Source: an uncultured Pseudomonadota bacterium
Lineage (GTDB): Bacteria > SAR324 > NAC60-12
Length of the DNA: 37,323 nucleotides
Assembly: GCA_913020725.1 (NCBI GenBank)
Contig: CAJWCD010000017.1
Coordinates: 1 to 37,323, forward strand
Direction of reading: 5' to 3'
In this document: piece by piece, positions 27,314 to 37,096 of the stretch
How positions within the stretch are numbered: the stretch's first letter is position 1
How the letters are laid out: each line of letters opens with the position of its first letter
Program-made: the position numbers and the translations under genes
The notes under the pieces: generated by a model
The model's input: only the letters and a program-made list of their open reading frames with translations
The model's database searches: none
What the model was told of the DNA's origin: nothing

Positions 27314-29194
27314 TCACAGAGTGTCGGTGATCACGAATTCTGCCGAGTGTTCTGCGGTGTTGTCCACGTTGTCCTGCGCCCGAACCCAGATGCGGTAACG
27401 TCCCGGTTCTGTGAAGAACAGCTCATCCTTGTAGGGCTGTGCAGGTCCATCGTCAAGTGAGAATTCCAAACGCTTCACATTGGCAGGGTCTACTGCGCTC
27501 AAAAAGAGGGTCGTGTTGATGGGATAAACGTTCACCACCTCGCTGCCCTCCCCCTCTTCCGTTCGCAACGGATCGGTGCTGAAGACTTCAGCGATCTCCG
27601 GGGGGGTGTTGTCCACAAGCAGCAGGATCGGAGTGAACACCTCACGGTTGTTGACCTGATCCGTTCCCCAAAACCGAAAGAGGTACTGCCCCTCGTTTTC
27701 AAGAGTCATCGGACCCGCATAGGCTTGTGTCGGCTGTCCCGCAAGCTGGTACTCGATTTTCTGCATTCCGGAAAGGTCATCCTCGCCATCCAAGCGAATC
27801 TGCGTGTGGCTGGCAATCCAGAAAACACCTCCGCCCCTAGTGTAGTTGGAACCACGCAGTTGGAACTGTGTTTTGGGTGGTTGGGAATCCATCACGAGGT
27901 TCAGGGATTTCGGATTTGAGCGATTGCGCAGAGCATCGATTCCCCGATAGTTGACCGTAAACTCCCCAGACCTGATCAACGGTGTGAAGGGTGTCGCGTA
28001 CTTGGAATAACCCTGCTTGCTGTCTTTTTTTCCGGACTTCCGGACTCGGTACTCGATGGACTGCACCTGCATTTGCGCATCGGTGGCCTTGAGTTGAATT
28101 CGGGTCCGCTTCGAGATGAACTGACGAATTTCCGTCGCGTAATAGTTCCCAATGAGGGTGTGGGCGACTCGGGGCGGTGTGCGGTCCAAATAGAAGGCGT
28201 ACTCCCGGGCTTGCTCGCGGTTCTCCACCTGATCCACTCCGTAGTAGTACAGCACATGCTTGCCGTCCGGAAGTTCGGACAAGGCGATGCCCGCCTTGTC
28301 GTCATAGACGTGGGATTCATCCTCCCCATCGAAGTAATAATGCACCGTCTGCACTCCGGACAAAGCGTCCTCGCTGCTGAGGCGGATCACGGAACTGGTG
28401 GAGAGGGTGTCACCAAGCAAGTTCTCGTGAGTGGCGTGTACCGTTGTGGGCATGGTGAGATCAACTGTGAACAGCACCTCCTGCGGAGTGCTTGCATAGC
28501 CCACATGGTCCACGGCATAACGGCGCAGGGAGTAGTGTTTCTCCTGCCCCAAATTCAACTCCGACTCGTAGCGCACAAACGCCCCGCCGTCGATGGAGAA
28601 AAAAACATCCCGCACTCCAGAGAGCGCATCCTGAGCCGTCAGCGCTGCGGTCAAGCCCTTGCCGAAAAAAGTGTGCCCGCCCTTGATGAAGACCGGAGCC
28701 TCCCGCAGTTTGAGTGTGGAGATTGGCGGAGCGCCATCGGCAACAAACTTGAAGAGGCTTTCCTCCTTGGTGAGGAAGTTCACCCAGCGGACAAATTGCT
28801 GCCCCTGAATCTCCAACGAGAGTCCGGAGGCGCGGTAACGCTCCGTCTGGGTGGTGTTGTCCTCCCCTGAAGTGCTGGGAACAAGGGTGCCGAATTGCTG
28901 TGACTTGCGCCCTGTGGTCTCGTCGTCCTCAGCCTCGTAGATGGTGTTCAGCAGAAAGCTCGGGGCATCCTCCTGAGCAGACGGAGACAAGCGAATCCAA
29001 AAAGGCAGGTCCACTGGCCAGAACACCGACCCTAAGTCATCCACATACACCTGATGCTTGTGTGCCGGTGGAGGAACTTGGGAGTCTGTTGCGCTGGCAG
29101 TGGTCTGATCCTGTGCCCACAGAGGGCCTGCTGCGATTCCCGTGAGCAGCAACACACTGCTCCCAATCACCCATTGTCTCAAGCTACGCTTCAT
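27314..29194 (-). CDS. Secreted 626-aa paralog with five repeats of the same type
   Basis: Start MKRSLRQW (ATG 29194, AAGGAGG RBS); signal peptide; repeats ending DHVGY, DQVEN, DALRN, DQVNN, DNVDN. Confidence 0.8.
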   Translation of the reverse strand: MKRSLRQWVIGSSVLLLTGIAAGPLWAQDQTTASATDSQVPPPAHKHQVYVDDLGSVFWPVDLPFWIRLSPSAQEDAPSFLLNTIYEAEDDETTGRKSQQFGTLVPSTSGEDNTTQTERYRASGLSLEIQGQQFVRWVNFLTKEESLFKFVADGAPPISTLKLREAPVFIKGGHTFFGKGLTAALTAQDALSGVRDVFFSIDGGAFVRYESELNLGQEKHYSLRRYAVDHVGYASTPQEVLFTVDLTMPTTVHATHENLLGDTLSTSSVIRLSSEDALSGVQTVHYYFDGEDESHVYDDKAGIALSELPDGKHVLYYYGVDQVENREQAREYAFYLDRTPPRVAHTLIGNYYATEIRQFISKRTRIQLKATDAQMQVQSIEYRVRKSGKKDSKQGYSKYATPFTPLIRSGEFTVNYRGIDALRNRSNPKSLNLVMDSQPPKTQFQLRGSNYTRGGGVFWIASHTQIRLDGEDDLSGMQKIEYQLAGQPTQAYAGPMTLENEGQYLFRFWGTDQVNNREVFTPILLLVDNTPPEIAEVFSTDPLRTEEGEGSEVVNVYPINTTLFLSAVDPANVKRLEFSLDDGPAQPYKDELFFTEPGRYRIWVRAQDNVDNTAEHSAEFVITDTL

Positions 29195-29374
29195 GCGCCT
29201 CCTTGTCGTTTTGGTTTGGTCGTCTCTAGGACATTGCCTGCTGCTCCCGAAGCCAGGGGGAACCATACCACAATCTTCCGGGTTAGGCGACACTCTTTCG
29301 TATTTCTGGTGATCCTTGCCACAAGGTCTGCTAGAGTGACCCTGCATTGAAGAACTCCAAACACTAGCCTCATC

Positions 29375-29587
29375 ATGAAACGTATCGTGTTGTACTTCGG
29401 GGCGGGGTTGCTCTGCGGAGTGTTGTTGAGCGCCTGCGCTTCCGGTGGGAACAAAGCCGGGGTGGTCGCCCAAAGTGGCCGTTCCTCCACGTTCGGCCCA
29501 ACCTGCTTCAGCTTGGCCAACCTGTTTCCGGGAGAACCCGGTTGCGGCACAGCCTCCCGGCTGGGCAAAAACCAATCCACGCCCTGA
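29375..29587 (+). CDS. Small lipoprotein (70 aa)
   Basis: MKR + hydrophobic stretch + lipobox LSAC. Confidence 0.6.
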   Translation: MKRIVLYFGAGLLCGVLLSACASGGNKAGVVAQSGRSSTFGPTCFSLANLFPGEPGCGTASRLGKNQSTP

Positions 29588-29589
29588 CC

Positions 29590-29751
29590 ATGCCCCAACC
29601 TCCGGACTCCCAGCTTCCGCCTGAAGACTCCGACTTTGTACGGCTTTCCGGACGTGAGTGGCTGATGATGCTCACCGTCTGTGTTGTGGGGGTACTCGTC
29701 ACGGCGTTCCTCGTTTTCCACATCGGCTCCAAGCTCCCCCACGTCGGTTGA
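29590..29751 (+). CDS. Small single-TM membrane protein (53 aa)
   Basis: ATG 2 nt after the previous stop; one hydrophobic helix WLMMLTVCVVGVLVTAFLVF. Confidence 0.5.
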   Translation: MPQPPDSQLPPEDSDFVRLSGREWLMMLTVCVVGVLVTAFLVFHIGSKLPHVG

Positions 29752-29816
29752 GCACCGTTTGTGGAACCGGACTTGCAGCAGTGTCTGGGAACCCATTTCT
29801 CTTTCAGGAGAGTCTC

Positions 29817-29972
29817 ATGACCCAGACAACCGATCAAGAAGTGCAGCGTGTCCTCCGGCTGATGGTGGGCCAAGGCATCTGGTCCGAAAACATGGCCAGC
29901 AACCTTGAGCCGCTGCTCCACTCCAACCCCGACCTGCGGCGCTTCTTCCTTGGAGTCGGCGAGGACGTCTGA
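29817..29972 (+). CDS. Small hypothetical protein (51 aa)
   Basis: CAGGAG RBS; MTQTTDQEVQRVLRLM..; followed by hairpin GCGGATCC-AC-GGATCCGC at 29992-30009. Confidence 0.55.
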   Translation: MTQTTDQEVQRVLRLMVGQGIWSENMASNLEPLLHSNPDLRRFFLGVGEDV

Positions 29973-30119
29973 CCCGCAAGTCAAACGCTGTGCGGATCCA
30001 CGGATCCGCCGCCCCTTCACCGCTTCGTCATTCCGGCACTCTTGGTGAGTGGACCATTGAGTCGCATCTGGTTCGGTTGTTGCTTTTCCCGCAACAACAC
30101 TTTTTTCCAGATTCTACCC

Positions 30120-30614
30120 ATGTCCATGCTCACCAAAACCTTCATCCGCAGTCAGGATGAACGGGCCACATTTGAATTCGACGCGCTACAAAGCGCCATG
30201 AACATCCACGCCCGGGCCGTCAAGCTCCGCAACGGCTCGTGGCTGTTGCGCCTCAAGCGCAACGAGTACGCGGAACACCTTGCCTCACTCTCCACCGTGG
30301 AGCGGCTCAAGTTCATCCGTAAGAACATGCGGGCCAACATGTACCACCACGGACACCCTCTCACCCTGGAACAGGCCCACCACACCTACGCCGTCTTTGA
30401 ACGCTACCTGCCCTTCTACGAGCAGTTCCGCAGGGTTTTCGGGATTCGCCCGGATTCGAATTACGAGGACGTGCAAATGCAAATCCTGCAACTCGCCGGT
30501 TACTTTCTGGAACAGCAGGCTGTGCAGGGCGAGGCTCCCTCCGTGCTGGCTCTGCTGGAGGCCGATCTTGAGGAGATCATGGATGCCGCCGACACGCCGA
30601 AACTGCTGAATTAA
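30120..30614 (+). CDS. Hypothetical protein (164 aa)
   Basis: Host-like codon usage and protein-like composition; no family recognised. Confidence 0.7.
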   Translation: MSMLTKTFIRSQDERATFEFDALQSAMNIHARAVKLRNGSWLLRLKRNEYAEHLASLSTVERLKFIRKNMRANMYHHGHPLTLEQAHHTYAVFERYLPFYEQFRRVFGIRPDSNYEDVQMQILQLAGYFLEQQAVQGEAPSVLALLEADLEEIMDAADTPKLLN

Positions 30615-30633
30615 ACACCGCTGCTGGGTTATT

Positions 30634-31338
30634 TTGTCCTTCCGTGAGTCCACCCTCGGCTGCAGAGCCGCACTCTGCGCATTTGCTCTCGCTTGTCTGA
30701 CCGGCCTGTCCGGAACCGCACAAGCCGAGGTCTTCGTCCGGACGGGCTACCACTACCAGTTCCTCAGCCTCTCCAGCGGTTACAACAAGTTCCTCAAGGA
30801 CCGCTACGGTCTCAAAAGCCTCGCCCTCTCCGGACTCGCGTACAGTGTCCACTACCGCTCCCGAGGGAAATCCTTCGCATTGGGACTGGAGATGGACAAC
30901 CTCAAAGGGGGGATCAAGTACAACACCCTCAACAGCGAAAAGCAGGAAAATGCCCTCCAGCTCAACCAAACCCTGCTGCTGCTCTCCTATTACCCCAGAA
31001 AATTCCGCAGGCTCATCGTGGACTTTGGCTACGGATCCAACACCCTTGTCCGGAGCTTCTACGGTTATCAAGACGCGAAACTGGTCACCACCAACATTGA
31101 CAACAGCGTCGGCCAAAAAGAAATCTCCACCAGCGGTTCCGTCATGATGGCTCAAGTGCTGTATCATACTTTCGGCAAGAGAATCGGTGTGGATTTCGGC
31201 GCCCGATATTCCCTCAGCCAGCATGTGATCCTCTGGTCCGATGCCCGCCCCAGTTACGACAGCAAGGGACTTCCAACCTCAACGTACTTCAACGTTGGGG
31301 GGTTGACTTTGCTCGGCACTCTCACCTTCAATTTCTGA
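30634..31338 (+). CDS. Outer-membrane beta-barrel protein
   Basis: Signal peptide ending AQA, alternating aromatic strands, C-terminal LTFNF. Confidence 0.75.
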   Translation: MSFRESTLGCRAALCAFALACLTGLSGTAQAEVFVRTGYHYQFLSLSSGYNKFLKDRYGLKSLALSGLAYSVHYRSRGKSFALGLEMDNLKGGIKYNTLNSEKQENALQLNQTLLLLSYYPRKFRRLIVDFGYGSNTLVRSFYGYQDAKLVTTNIDNSVGQKEISTSGSVMMAQVLYHTFGKRIGVDFGARYSLSQHVILWSDARPSYDSKGLPTSTYFNVGGLTLLGTLTFNF

Positions 31339-31345
31339 CCCTGCC

Positions 31346-32026
31346 ATGTGCAAACTCCACCGACGTGACTTCCTTTTCGGACTCTCCGGACTGCTACTTT
31401 CTGCCTGTGGCAGCAACGAGTATGCGGACAGCAAGGACTACTATCCCGTCGCCGTCAACAGCACCGGAACGATCTACCACTGGGGGAAGAACAACACGAT
31501 CAAGGTATATTCGGATTCAAACAGTGCCGCTCCGTCGGGAGGTGAAGCGGCCTTCAAGTCCGGAGCCAATGCGTGGGCCACCACGTTGAGCGAATTGGGA
31601 ATCACGATCTCCTATGTGACGAGTGGCTCGGATGTCAAAGTGAAATGGCTGACCAAGTCGGAAATGGAAACTGAATCGGGCAGTTCCGGCGTGTTGGGTT
31701 ATGCCTCCACCAACAAGTACATTTACATGCGAACGGATCTCAGTTCGTCCACCTTGGATTTTGTGGCCATTCATGAGTTCGGGCACATGCTGGGCATCTG
31801 GAACCACAGTTACGACTCCAACGACATCATGTACCCATATGCCACCGGACCGACTGCGCTCAGCAACCGCGACAAGCGCACCCTTGCCGATTTCCTCTAC
31901 CCGATGACCCCGACTGCGGACATGCACGACCTCTCCGGCCCGTCACTCGTTGATCCTGTCACCGGAGCCACGACCCCTCACATCAAGACCTACTACACCA
32001 CGAACGGCTGCGTGATCCAGTCCTGA
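31346..32026 (+). CDS. Matrixin/metzincin zinc metalloprotease, Tat lipoprotein
   Basis: RRDFL twin-arginine motif, LSAC lipobox, HEFGHMLGIWNH and Met-turn DIMYP. Confidence 0.88.
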   Translation: MCKLHRRDFLFGLSGLLLSACGSNEYADSKDYYPVAVNSTGTIYHWGKNNTIKVYSDSNSAAPSGGEAAFKSGANAWATTLSELGITISYVTSGSDVKVKWLTKSEMETESGSSGVLGYASTNKYIYMRTDLSSSTLDFVAIHEFGHMLGIWNHSYDSNDIMYPYATGPTALSNRDKRTLADFLYPMTPTADMHDLSGPSLVDPVTGATTPHIKTYYTTNGCVIQS

Positions 32027-32202
32027 TTGGCCACAAAATCGCGTCCTAGTTTCTGCAACCGCTCTGCTTTCTTCTTGTAGGCTCTCCGCACTTCTGGTAA
32101 TTCTAGGACCGTTATCTTGCATCTGCCCGAACAGGCTCAACCCCTGTTCCGTACCCCGGAAGATTGCCACATGTCCGAAAAAGAAGACTGGAAGACTGCC
32201 AC

Positions 32203-33531
32203 ATGTCCAAAGAAGAACTGATCGAGCAACAGCGGACGACCTCACGCCGCAAGGCACAGATGATCGACAAGGCGATCCTGCAAAAGTCCGGGACGGTCAG
32301 CGCGATTCCCAACCTCGATTTCTGGGGGTTGCAAAAGCGCATCATCCTGATCACGGAGGACATCCGCAAGCTGACCAAGTCCTCCTTTCTGACAAAGATG
32401 AAGCACTCCCTGCTTGGAGCCAACGAGGGGTTTTCCAAGGGTAGTCACATCAATGGCAGTATCCTCTCGCAAGCGTTGAACACCGGGGCGATGCGCCGGA
32501 TTGTCACCGATCTCAACCGCGATCCCAGTTCGACCAACCTCCGGGTGCAGTTGTTACGGACTTTCATGAAGGAGCACAAGGACCACAAGCTGGAGGTTTA
32601 CCGAAACCTCATTGTGCAAGGGGCGCTACCGATCTATCTTGGCGATGTCACTCCGGCAGCCACGCAGGTCGCAGCGCAAACCTATCGGCTTTATCTGCAA
32701 AAGCTCATCAACGCCCACAAGAAGCAACTCCTGCTGGTACGCTCCAGCCAACTCAAAGGCCGTGTCAACATTGATCGCATTCCCGTTGATTCCCTGCTAC
32801 GCTCCGACAAGGCCTCCTCCACCCCGGAGGAAGCGATGGCCGTGCTGGAGATCAAGGTCTGCCTCAACCTTCAGGATCAGTCACAGAACGTGGACACGGA
32901 GATCAAGCAGAACATGACCATGCCCGTCAACCTCAACGAGTTGGATCACCTCTCCGCCCGGCACAACGCGGTCATGCAGTTCCTCGGCGGAGACGAAACC
33001 GGGCAAACCTACAACAAGCGCAAGCTGCTGATCCGCAAGAGCATGGCGGTGGTGGACGTCACCCGCTACATTCCTTTTCTGCACTCGTTGGGCCTCAAGA
33101 TTGCCGGACGCCTTCAGGAGTTGGAGGGCAAAACCGCCTACCCCTTTCTCATGGAAGCCCGCATCCACATGGCTGCCGTGCGCTTTCTCATGCTCCGGAT
33201 GCAGAGCGAGGACAACACCGCACGTGTCGCCATCGCCCCCACCTTCAACAAGGCGATTGTCGCCTACCGCAAGGCGCTCAAGCGCACCTCCTTCAGCGAC
33301 CCCCACCGCAGTGACCTTCCGGTGATGGGCGAGTACGCGCAGGTTTCCAACTTCGCATTTCAAAACCGCGAGTTGATGAAACTCTCCAACGACGGGGTGC
33401 TTGACAATCTGCGGTTGGCGAAAAAGGCGGTGGACGCCGCGGTGATTGTCAATCGCCACTATGGGCGCTTGCAGCTCAAAATTCTGAACGCCATCAACAT
33501 CCTCGAAACCAAGAAGCTGGGTGCTTCCTGA
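32203..33531 (+). CDS. Hypothetical, probably alpha-helical protein (442 aa)
   Basis: Long ORF with host-like codon usage; start MSKEELIEQ; no family recognised. Confidence 0.8.
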   Translation: MSKEELIEQQRTTSRRKAQMIDKAILQKSGTVSAIPNLDFWGLQKRIILITEDIRKLTKSSFLTKMKHSLLGANEGFSKGSHINGSILSQALNTGAMRRIVTDLNRDPSSTNLRVQLLRTFMKEHKDHKLEVYRNLIVQGALPIYLGDVTPAATQVAAQTYRLYLQKLINAHKKQLLLVRSSQLKGRVNIDRIPVDSLLRSDKASSTPEEAMAVLEIKVCLNLQDQSQNVDTEIKQNMTMPVNLNELDHLSARHNAVMQFLGGDETGQTYNKRKLLIRKSMAVVDVTRYIPFLHSLGLKIAGRLQELEGKTAYPFLMEARIHMAAVRFLMLRMQSEDNTARVAIAPTFNKAIVAYRKALKRTSFSDPHRSDLPVMGEYAQVSNFAFQNRELMKLSNDGVLDNLRLAKKAVDAAVIVNRHYGRLQLKILNAINILETKKLGAS

Positions 33532-34456
33532 CGCCTCGCTGGACCTGCTCTGCCTCGGCGAACCCCTGATGGAGTTGAATCAGGTCCGAGGCGTAGAACA
33601 CTACCTTCCCGGATTTGGAGGCGACACCTCGAACTGTGCCGTCGCTGCCGCGCGGCAGGGGGCGCGAGTGGGCTACGTCACCGCCGTTGGCGAGGACACG
33701 TTCGGGAACGCATTTCTCAAGCTCTGGAACACCGAGGGCATCGACACCTCCTGCGTTCTCCGCACTCCGGATGCCCACACGGGCCTCTACCTCGTCTCAC
33801 ATTCCAAGGCCGGGCATGAATTCAGCTACTTCCGCTCCGGATCGGCGGCCAGTCGGCTGACCCCGGAGGCTCTGCCGGAAAACCAGATCGCCGCCACCCG
33901 CATTTTCCACGCTTCTGGGATTTCTCAAGCAATCAGCACCTCTGCCTGCGATGCCGTTTTCCACGCCCTTGCATTGGCACAACAGCACAGGGTCCGGATT
34001 TCCTACGATCCCAACCTGCGGCTCAAGCTCTGGCCGCTGAACCGCGCCCGTGCGGTGATTCATGAGGCGATGCGTCAGTGTGACATCGCACTTCCCGGAA
34101 TCGAGGATGCGAAACTGCTCACGGGCTTGGAGCAACCGGAGGCTATTGTAGAATTCTACCTGAAGCTTGGAGCCGAGTTGGTGGCTCTCACGCTGGGCCC
34201 GGAAGGGGTGCTCGTTGCTACCACAGAGCAGCAACAGCGCATTCTAGGATATGCGGTGGAAAGTGTGGACGCCACAGGAGCGGGAGATACGTTTGACGGC
34301 GCGTTTCTCGCCGAACTGGCCTCCGGACGCGATCCCTTTGTCGCCGCCCGTTATGCCAACGCTGCTGCCGCGCTCGCCACCACGGGCTACGGAGCGGTTG
34401 CCCCCATGCCGACCCGTAGCCAGGTGGAGGCGTTTCTCAACCATCCGAACGCTTAA
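33521..34456 (+). CDS. PfkB family sugar kinase (KdgK-like)
   Basis: GGDTSN, YDPNLR, DATGAGDTFDG. Confidence 0.92.
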   Translation: MLPDASLDLLCLGEPLMELNQVRGVEHYLPGFGGDTSNCAVAAARQGARVGYVTAVGEDTFGNAFLKLWNTEGIDTSCVLRTPDAHTGLYLVSHSKAGHEFSYFRSGSAASRLTPEALPENQIAATRIFHASGISQAISTSACDAVFHALALAQQHRVRISYDPNLRLKLWPLNRARAVIHEAMRQCDIALPGIEDAKLLTGLEQPEAIVEFYLKLGAELVALTLGPEGVLVATTEQQQRILGYAVESVDATGAGDTFDGAFLAELASGRDPFVAARYANAAAALATTGYGAVAPMPTRSQVEAFLNHPNA

Positions 34457-34595
34457 TCGTCGCTTTGCAGCGTCCTGATTTTTCTGAGATTATTCCAAAG
34501 GTAGCGTGGAGTGATGCCGAGATAGCGCAGGTGCCCAATCACCGAAACCGCAAACAGCAACAAGCAGACGATTCCGGTGGCAAGCCAAAATGGAT

Positions 34596-35738
34596 TCACA
34601 GCAACCCACTTTCGACAAGTCGGTCCACCGCGATGCCCAGATTCTCCGCAGAGTTGGCGTAGCTGAAGCGCAGAAAGCCTTCGCCCCCTTGGCCAAAATC
34701 GACTCCGGGCGTCAGCGCTACTCCTGTTTTCTCCAGAATCTCCAGCGCGAGTTCTAGGGATTTTTTCGGGTTGCGATACTTGAGGAAGACGTAGAAGGCT
34801 CCGGTGGGGTCGTATCCGGGATCCAGCCCAAGCGCCCGAAATTTCTCCAGCAAGAATTGTCGCCGCCGATCAAACTCCACCTTCATGCGCTCGCAATCTG
34901 CACCCCCTTCATCCAGCACCCGCACTCCGGCGTCCTGCACAAAATGCGTCGTCGAGATCATCAGGTTCTGGTGCATCTTCACAAGCCCCGGCATCCACGA
35001 ATCTGGAGCGATCAGGTAGCCCAACCGCCAGCCGGTCATCGCGTAATACTTGGAAAATCCGTTGAGCGCGATGGCTTCCTCGGTGAATTCCAAGATGCTC
35101 TGTGGTCGGCTTCCATAGCTGAGGTCCGCGTAGATTTCATCGGAAATCACCGGAATGCCAAGCGTGGTCAGTTCCCGGAGGATTTCTGGACGAAAGACCA
35201 CACCTGTCGGGTTCGTTGGAGAATTGAGCAGCAGGGCGCGAGTCCGGGAAGTGATCGCCTGTCGAACCGCGTCCGGATCAAGCTGGAATCCATCTTCGTG
35301 ACGTAACGGCACCCGGACGGGCGTGACCTCAGCAAGGTGGACCAGATTGTCGTAACAGGCATAGCCCGGGTCGGTGATCAACACTTCCGATCCTGGAGGA
35401 GCCAGTAGCCGAATCGCCAGAAACAGCAGGACGGACGAGCCTCCAGAAACCAGCACCCGCTCCGGGCGCACCGCCACTCCGTAATCCCGTTGGTACTTCC
35501 GGCAAATCGCCTCGCGGAGTGCCAGCGTCCCCTGCGTGACCGTGTAGCCCGCAGGATGGGCGGCAAGGCTTTGCTGAAGTGCCTCCAGTGCCACGGCAGG
35601 TGCCTGAAAATCCGGCTCCCCGAATTCGAGGTGAATCACCTCTCGACCCTCCGCCTCCAACTCATTGGCACGGGAAAACACTTCCATCGCCAAGAAATTG
35701 CTCAGGGGCTCAAGGTGAGCGAAATTGGGTGCGGTCAT
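34596..35738 (-). CDS. Class I/II PLP-dependent aminotransferase
   Basis: GEPDF, NSPTNPTG, SDEIY, NGFSKYYAMTGWRLG. Confidence 0.95.
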   Translation of the reverse strand: MTAPNFAHLEPLSNFLAMEVFSRANELEAEGREVIHLEFGEPDFQAPAVALEALQQSLAAHPAGYTVTQGTLALREAICRKYQRDYGVAVRPERVLVSGGSSVLLFLAIRLLAPPGSEVLITDPGYACYDNLVHLAEVTPVRVPLRHEDGFQLDPDAVRQAITSRTRALLLNSPTNPTGVVFRPEILRELTTLGIPVISDEIYADLSYGSRPQSILEFTEEAIALNGFSKYYAMTGWRLGYLIAPDSWMPGLVKMHQNLMISTTHFVQDAGVRVLDEGGADCERMKVEFDRRRQFLLEKFRALGLDPGYDPTGAFYVFLKYRNPKKSLELALEILEKTGVALTPGVDFGQGGEGFLRFSYANSAENLGIAVDRLVESGLL

Positions 35739-35871
35739 GACTCAAATCCGAAATCTTCATGATACACCGCCCACACATTCAGAAAAGCAGAATTTTCCCA
35801 TCTCCGCCTTGCCCTCTCCCGGTGAGCGTGCGAAACTGAAGACTCTTAACCAACTCTTCCTGGAATCCTGA

Positions 35872-36495
35872 ATGCCTCACACCGAAGTCTGGTTCGTCCG
35901 ACACGGCGAAACCTGCTGGAACGTTGCACAGCGCTACCAAGGCCACGGTGACAGCGAACTCACAGACACAGGCCGCGCCCAAGTCGAGTCCCTCGGAAAA
36001 CGCTTCCGGAATCTTGCTTTTGACCATCTTTACAGCAGTGACCTTGGCCGTGCTCGTAGCACCGCAGAGTCCATTGCCCGTCACTCCGGCCACGAAATCC
36101 AGCTCGACCCCCGACTCCGGGAAAAAAACCTCGGCATCTTTGAAGGGCTGACTGTTTCGGAAATCCAAGCACAGCATCTCGACGCCTACATCGCCTTCAA
36201 AACTCGCGGGGCCAGCTTTGTGCTCCCAGAGGGAGAAAGCACCCTGCAACTCTTTGAGCGGGCGTGGGAATTTCTGGAGGAAATGCGGGATCGGCATCTG
36301 GGACAACGGACGGTTTGCGTCACCCACGGCGGCACTATCCGGGGGTTACTGAAACACACCCTTGGACTGGTGCAGGACATGCCCACCCGCTTTCGTCTGC
36401 ACAACACCAGCCTACACCAACTCTACTGGGTCACGGATCATTGGATGGCGGGCTGCATCGGGGACACGCAGCATCTGACAGACCTCCCCAACTAG
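35872..36495 (+). CDS. Histidine phosphatase (GpmB/CobC-like)
   Basis: RHGET, SSDLGRA, LRE..GIFEG, GES, VTHGG. Confidence 0.92.
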   Translation: MPHTEVWFVRHGETCWNVAQRYQGHGDSELTDTGRAQVESLGKRFRNLAFDHLYSSDLGRARSTAESIARHSGHEIQLDPRLREKNLGIFEGLTVSEIQAQHLDAYIAFKTRGASFVLPEGESTLQLFERAWEFLEEMRDRHLGQRTVCVTHGGTIRGLLKHTLGLVQDMPTRFRLHNTSLHQLYWVTDHWMAGCIGDTQHLTDLPN

Positions 36496-36496
36496 C

Positions 36497-37096
36497 GTGA
36501 CGGATTTCCTCCAATGCCGCCACTGGGTGTTCGATATGGACGGCACCCTGACGGTCGCGGTTCACGATTTCGCCGCCATCCGCGAAGAACTCGGCATTCC
36601 AGAGGGGCAGCCCATCGTGAAAACCCTCAACGCCCTCCCGCAAGAACAGGCCCAACCGCTCCGCAAGCGTCTTCAGGAAATTGAAGCCGATCTGGCCGTG
36701 CAAGCCCAACCGGCCCCGGGCGTTCAGGCTTTGCTCACGTCGCTCAAGGCCCGAGGCTGCCGCCTGGGCATCCTCACCCTCAACTCCAAGGAGAACGCCT
36801 GGCTCACTTTGGAAACCCTTGGGCTGGACCAATTCTTTGAACCAGAAGCCGTGCTGGGACGTTGGTGCCTTGCAAACCCCAAACCCCATCCGGACGGCAT
36901 CCACCACCTGCTTAATCACTGGAACACCGATGCTCAAGACGCCGTGATGGTTGGGGATTTCCTCTGGGATTTGAAAACGGGCCGTGCCGCTGGACTCCCC
37001 ACCATCCATGTTGACCCCTCCGAAGCCTTCCCTTGGCCTGAACTCACCGACCTGCCCGTGACCTCGCTGGAAGACCTTCAGAACCGACTGCCCTGA
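36497..37096 (+). CDS. HAD family hydrolase
   Basis: FDMDGTL, KPHP, MVGD..D motifs. Confidence 0.92.
   Translation: MTDFLQCRHWVFDMDGTLTVAVHDFAAIREELGIPEGQPIVKTLNALPQEQAQPLRKRLQEIEADLAVQAQPAPGVQALLTSLKARGCRLGILTLNSKENAWLTLETLGLDQFFEPEAVLGRWCLANPKPHPDGIHHLLNHWNTDAQDAVMVGDFLWDLKTGRAAGLPTIHVDPSEAFPWPELTDLPVTSLEDLQNRLP

Noticed and set aside
35779..35801. TCAGAAAA-N7-TTTCCCAT, partial match to the flagellin box
   Set aside because: The right arm lacks the invariant CTGA and the flanking genes are metabolic; may be chance.
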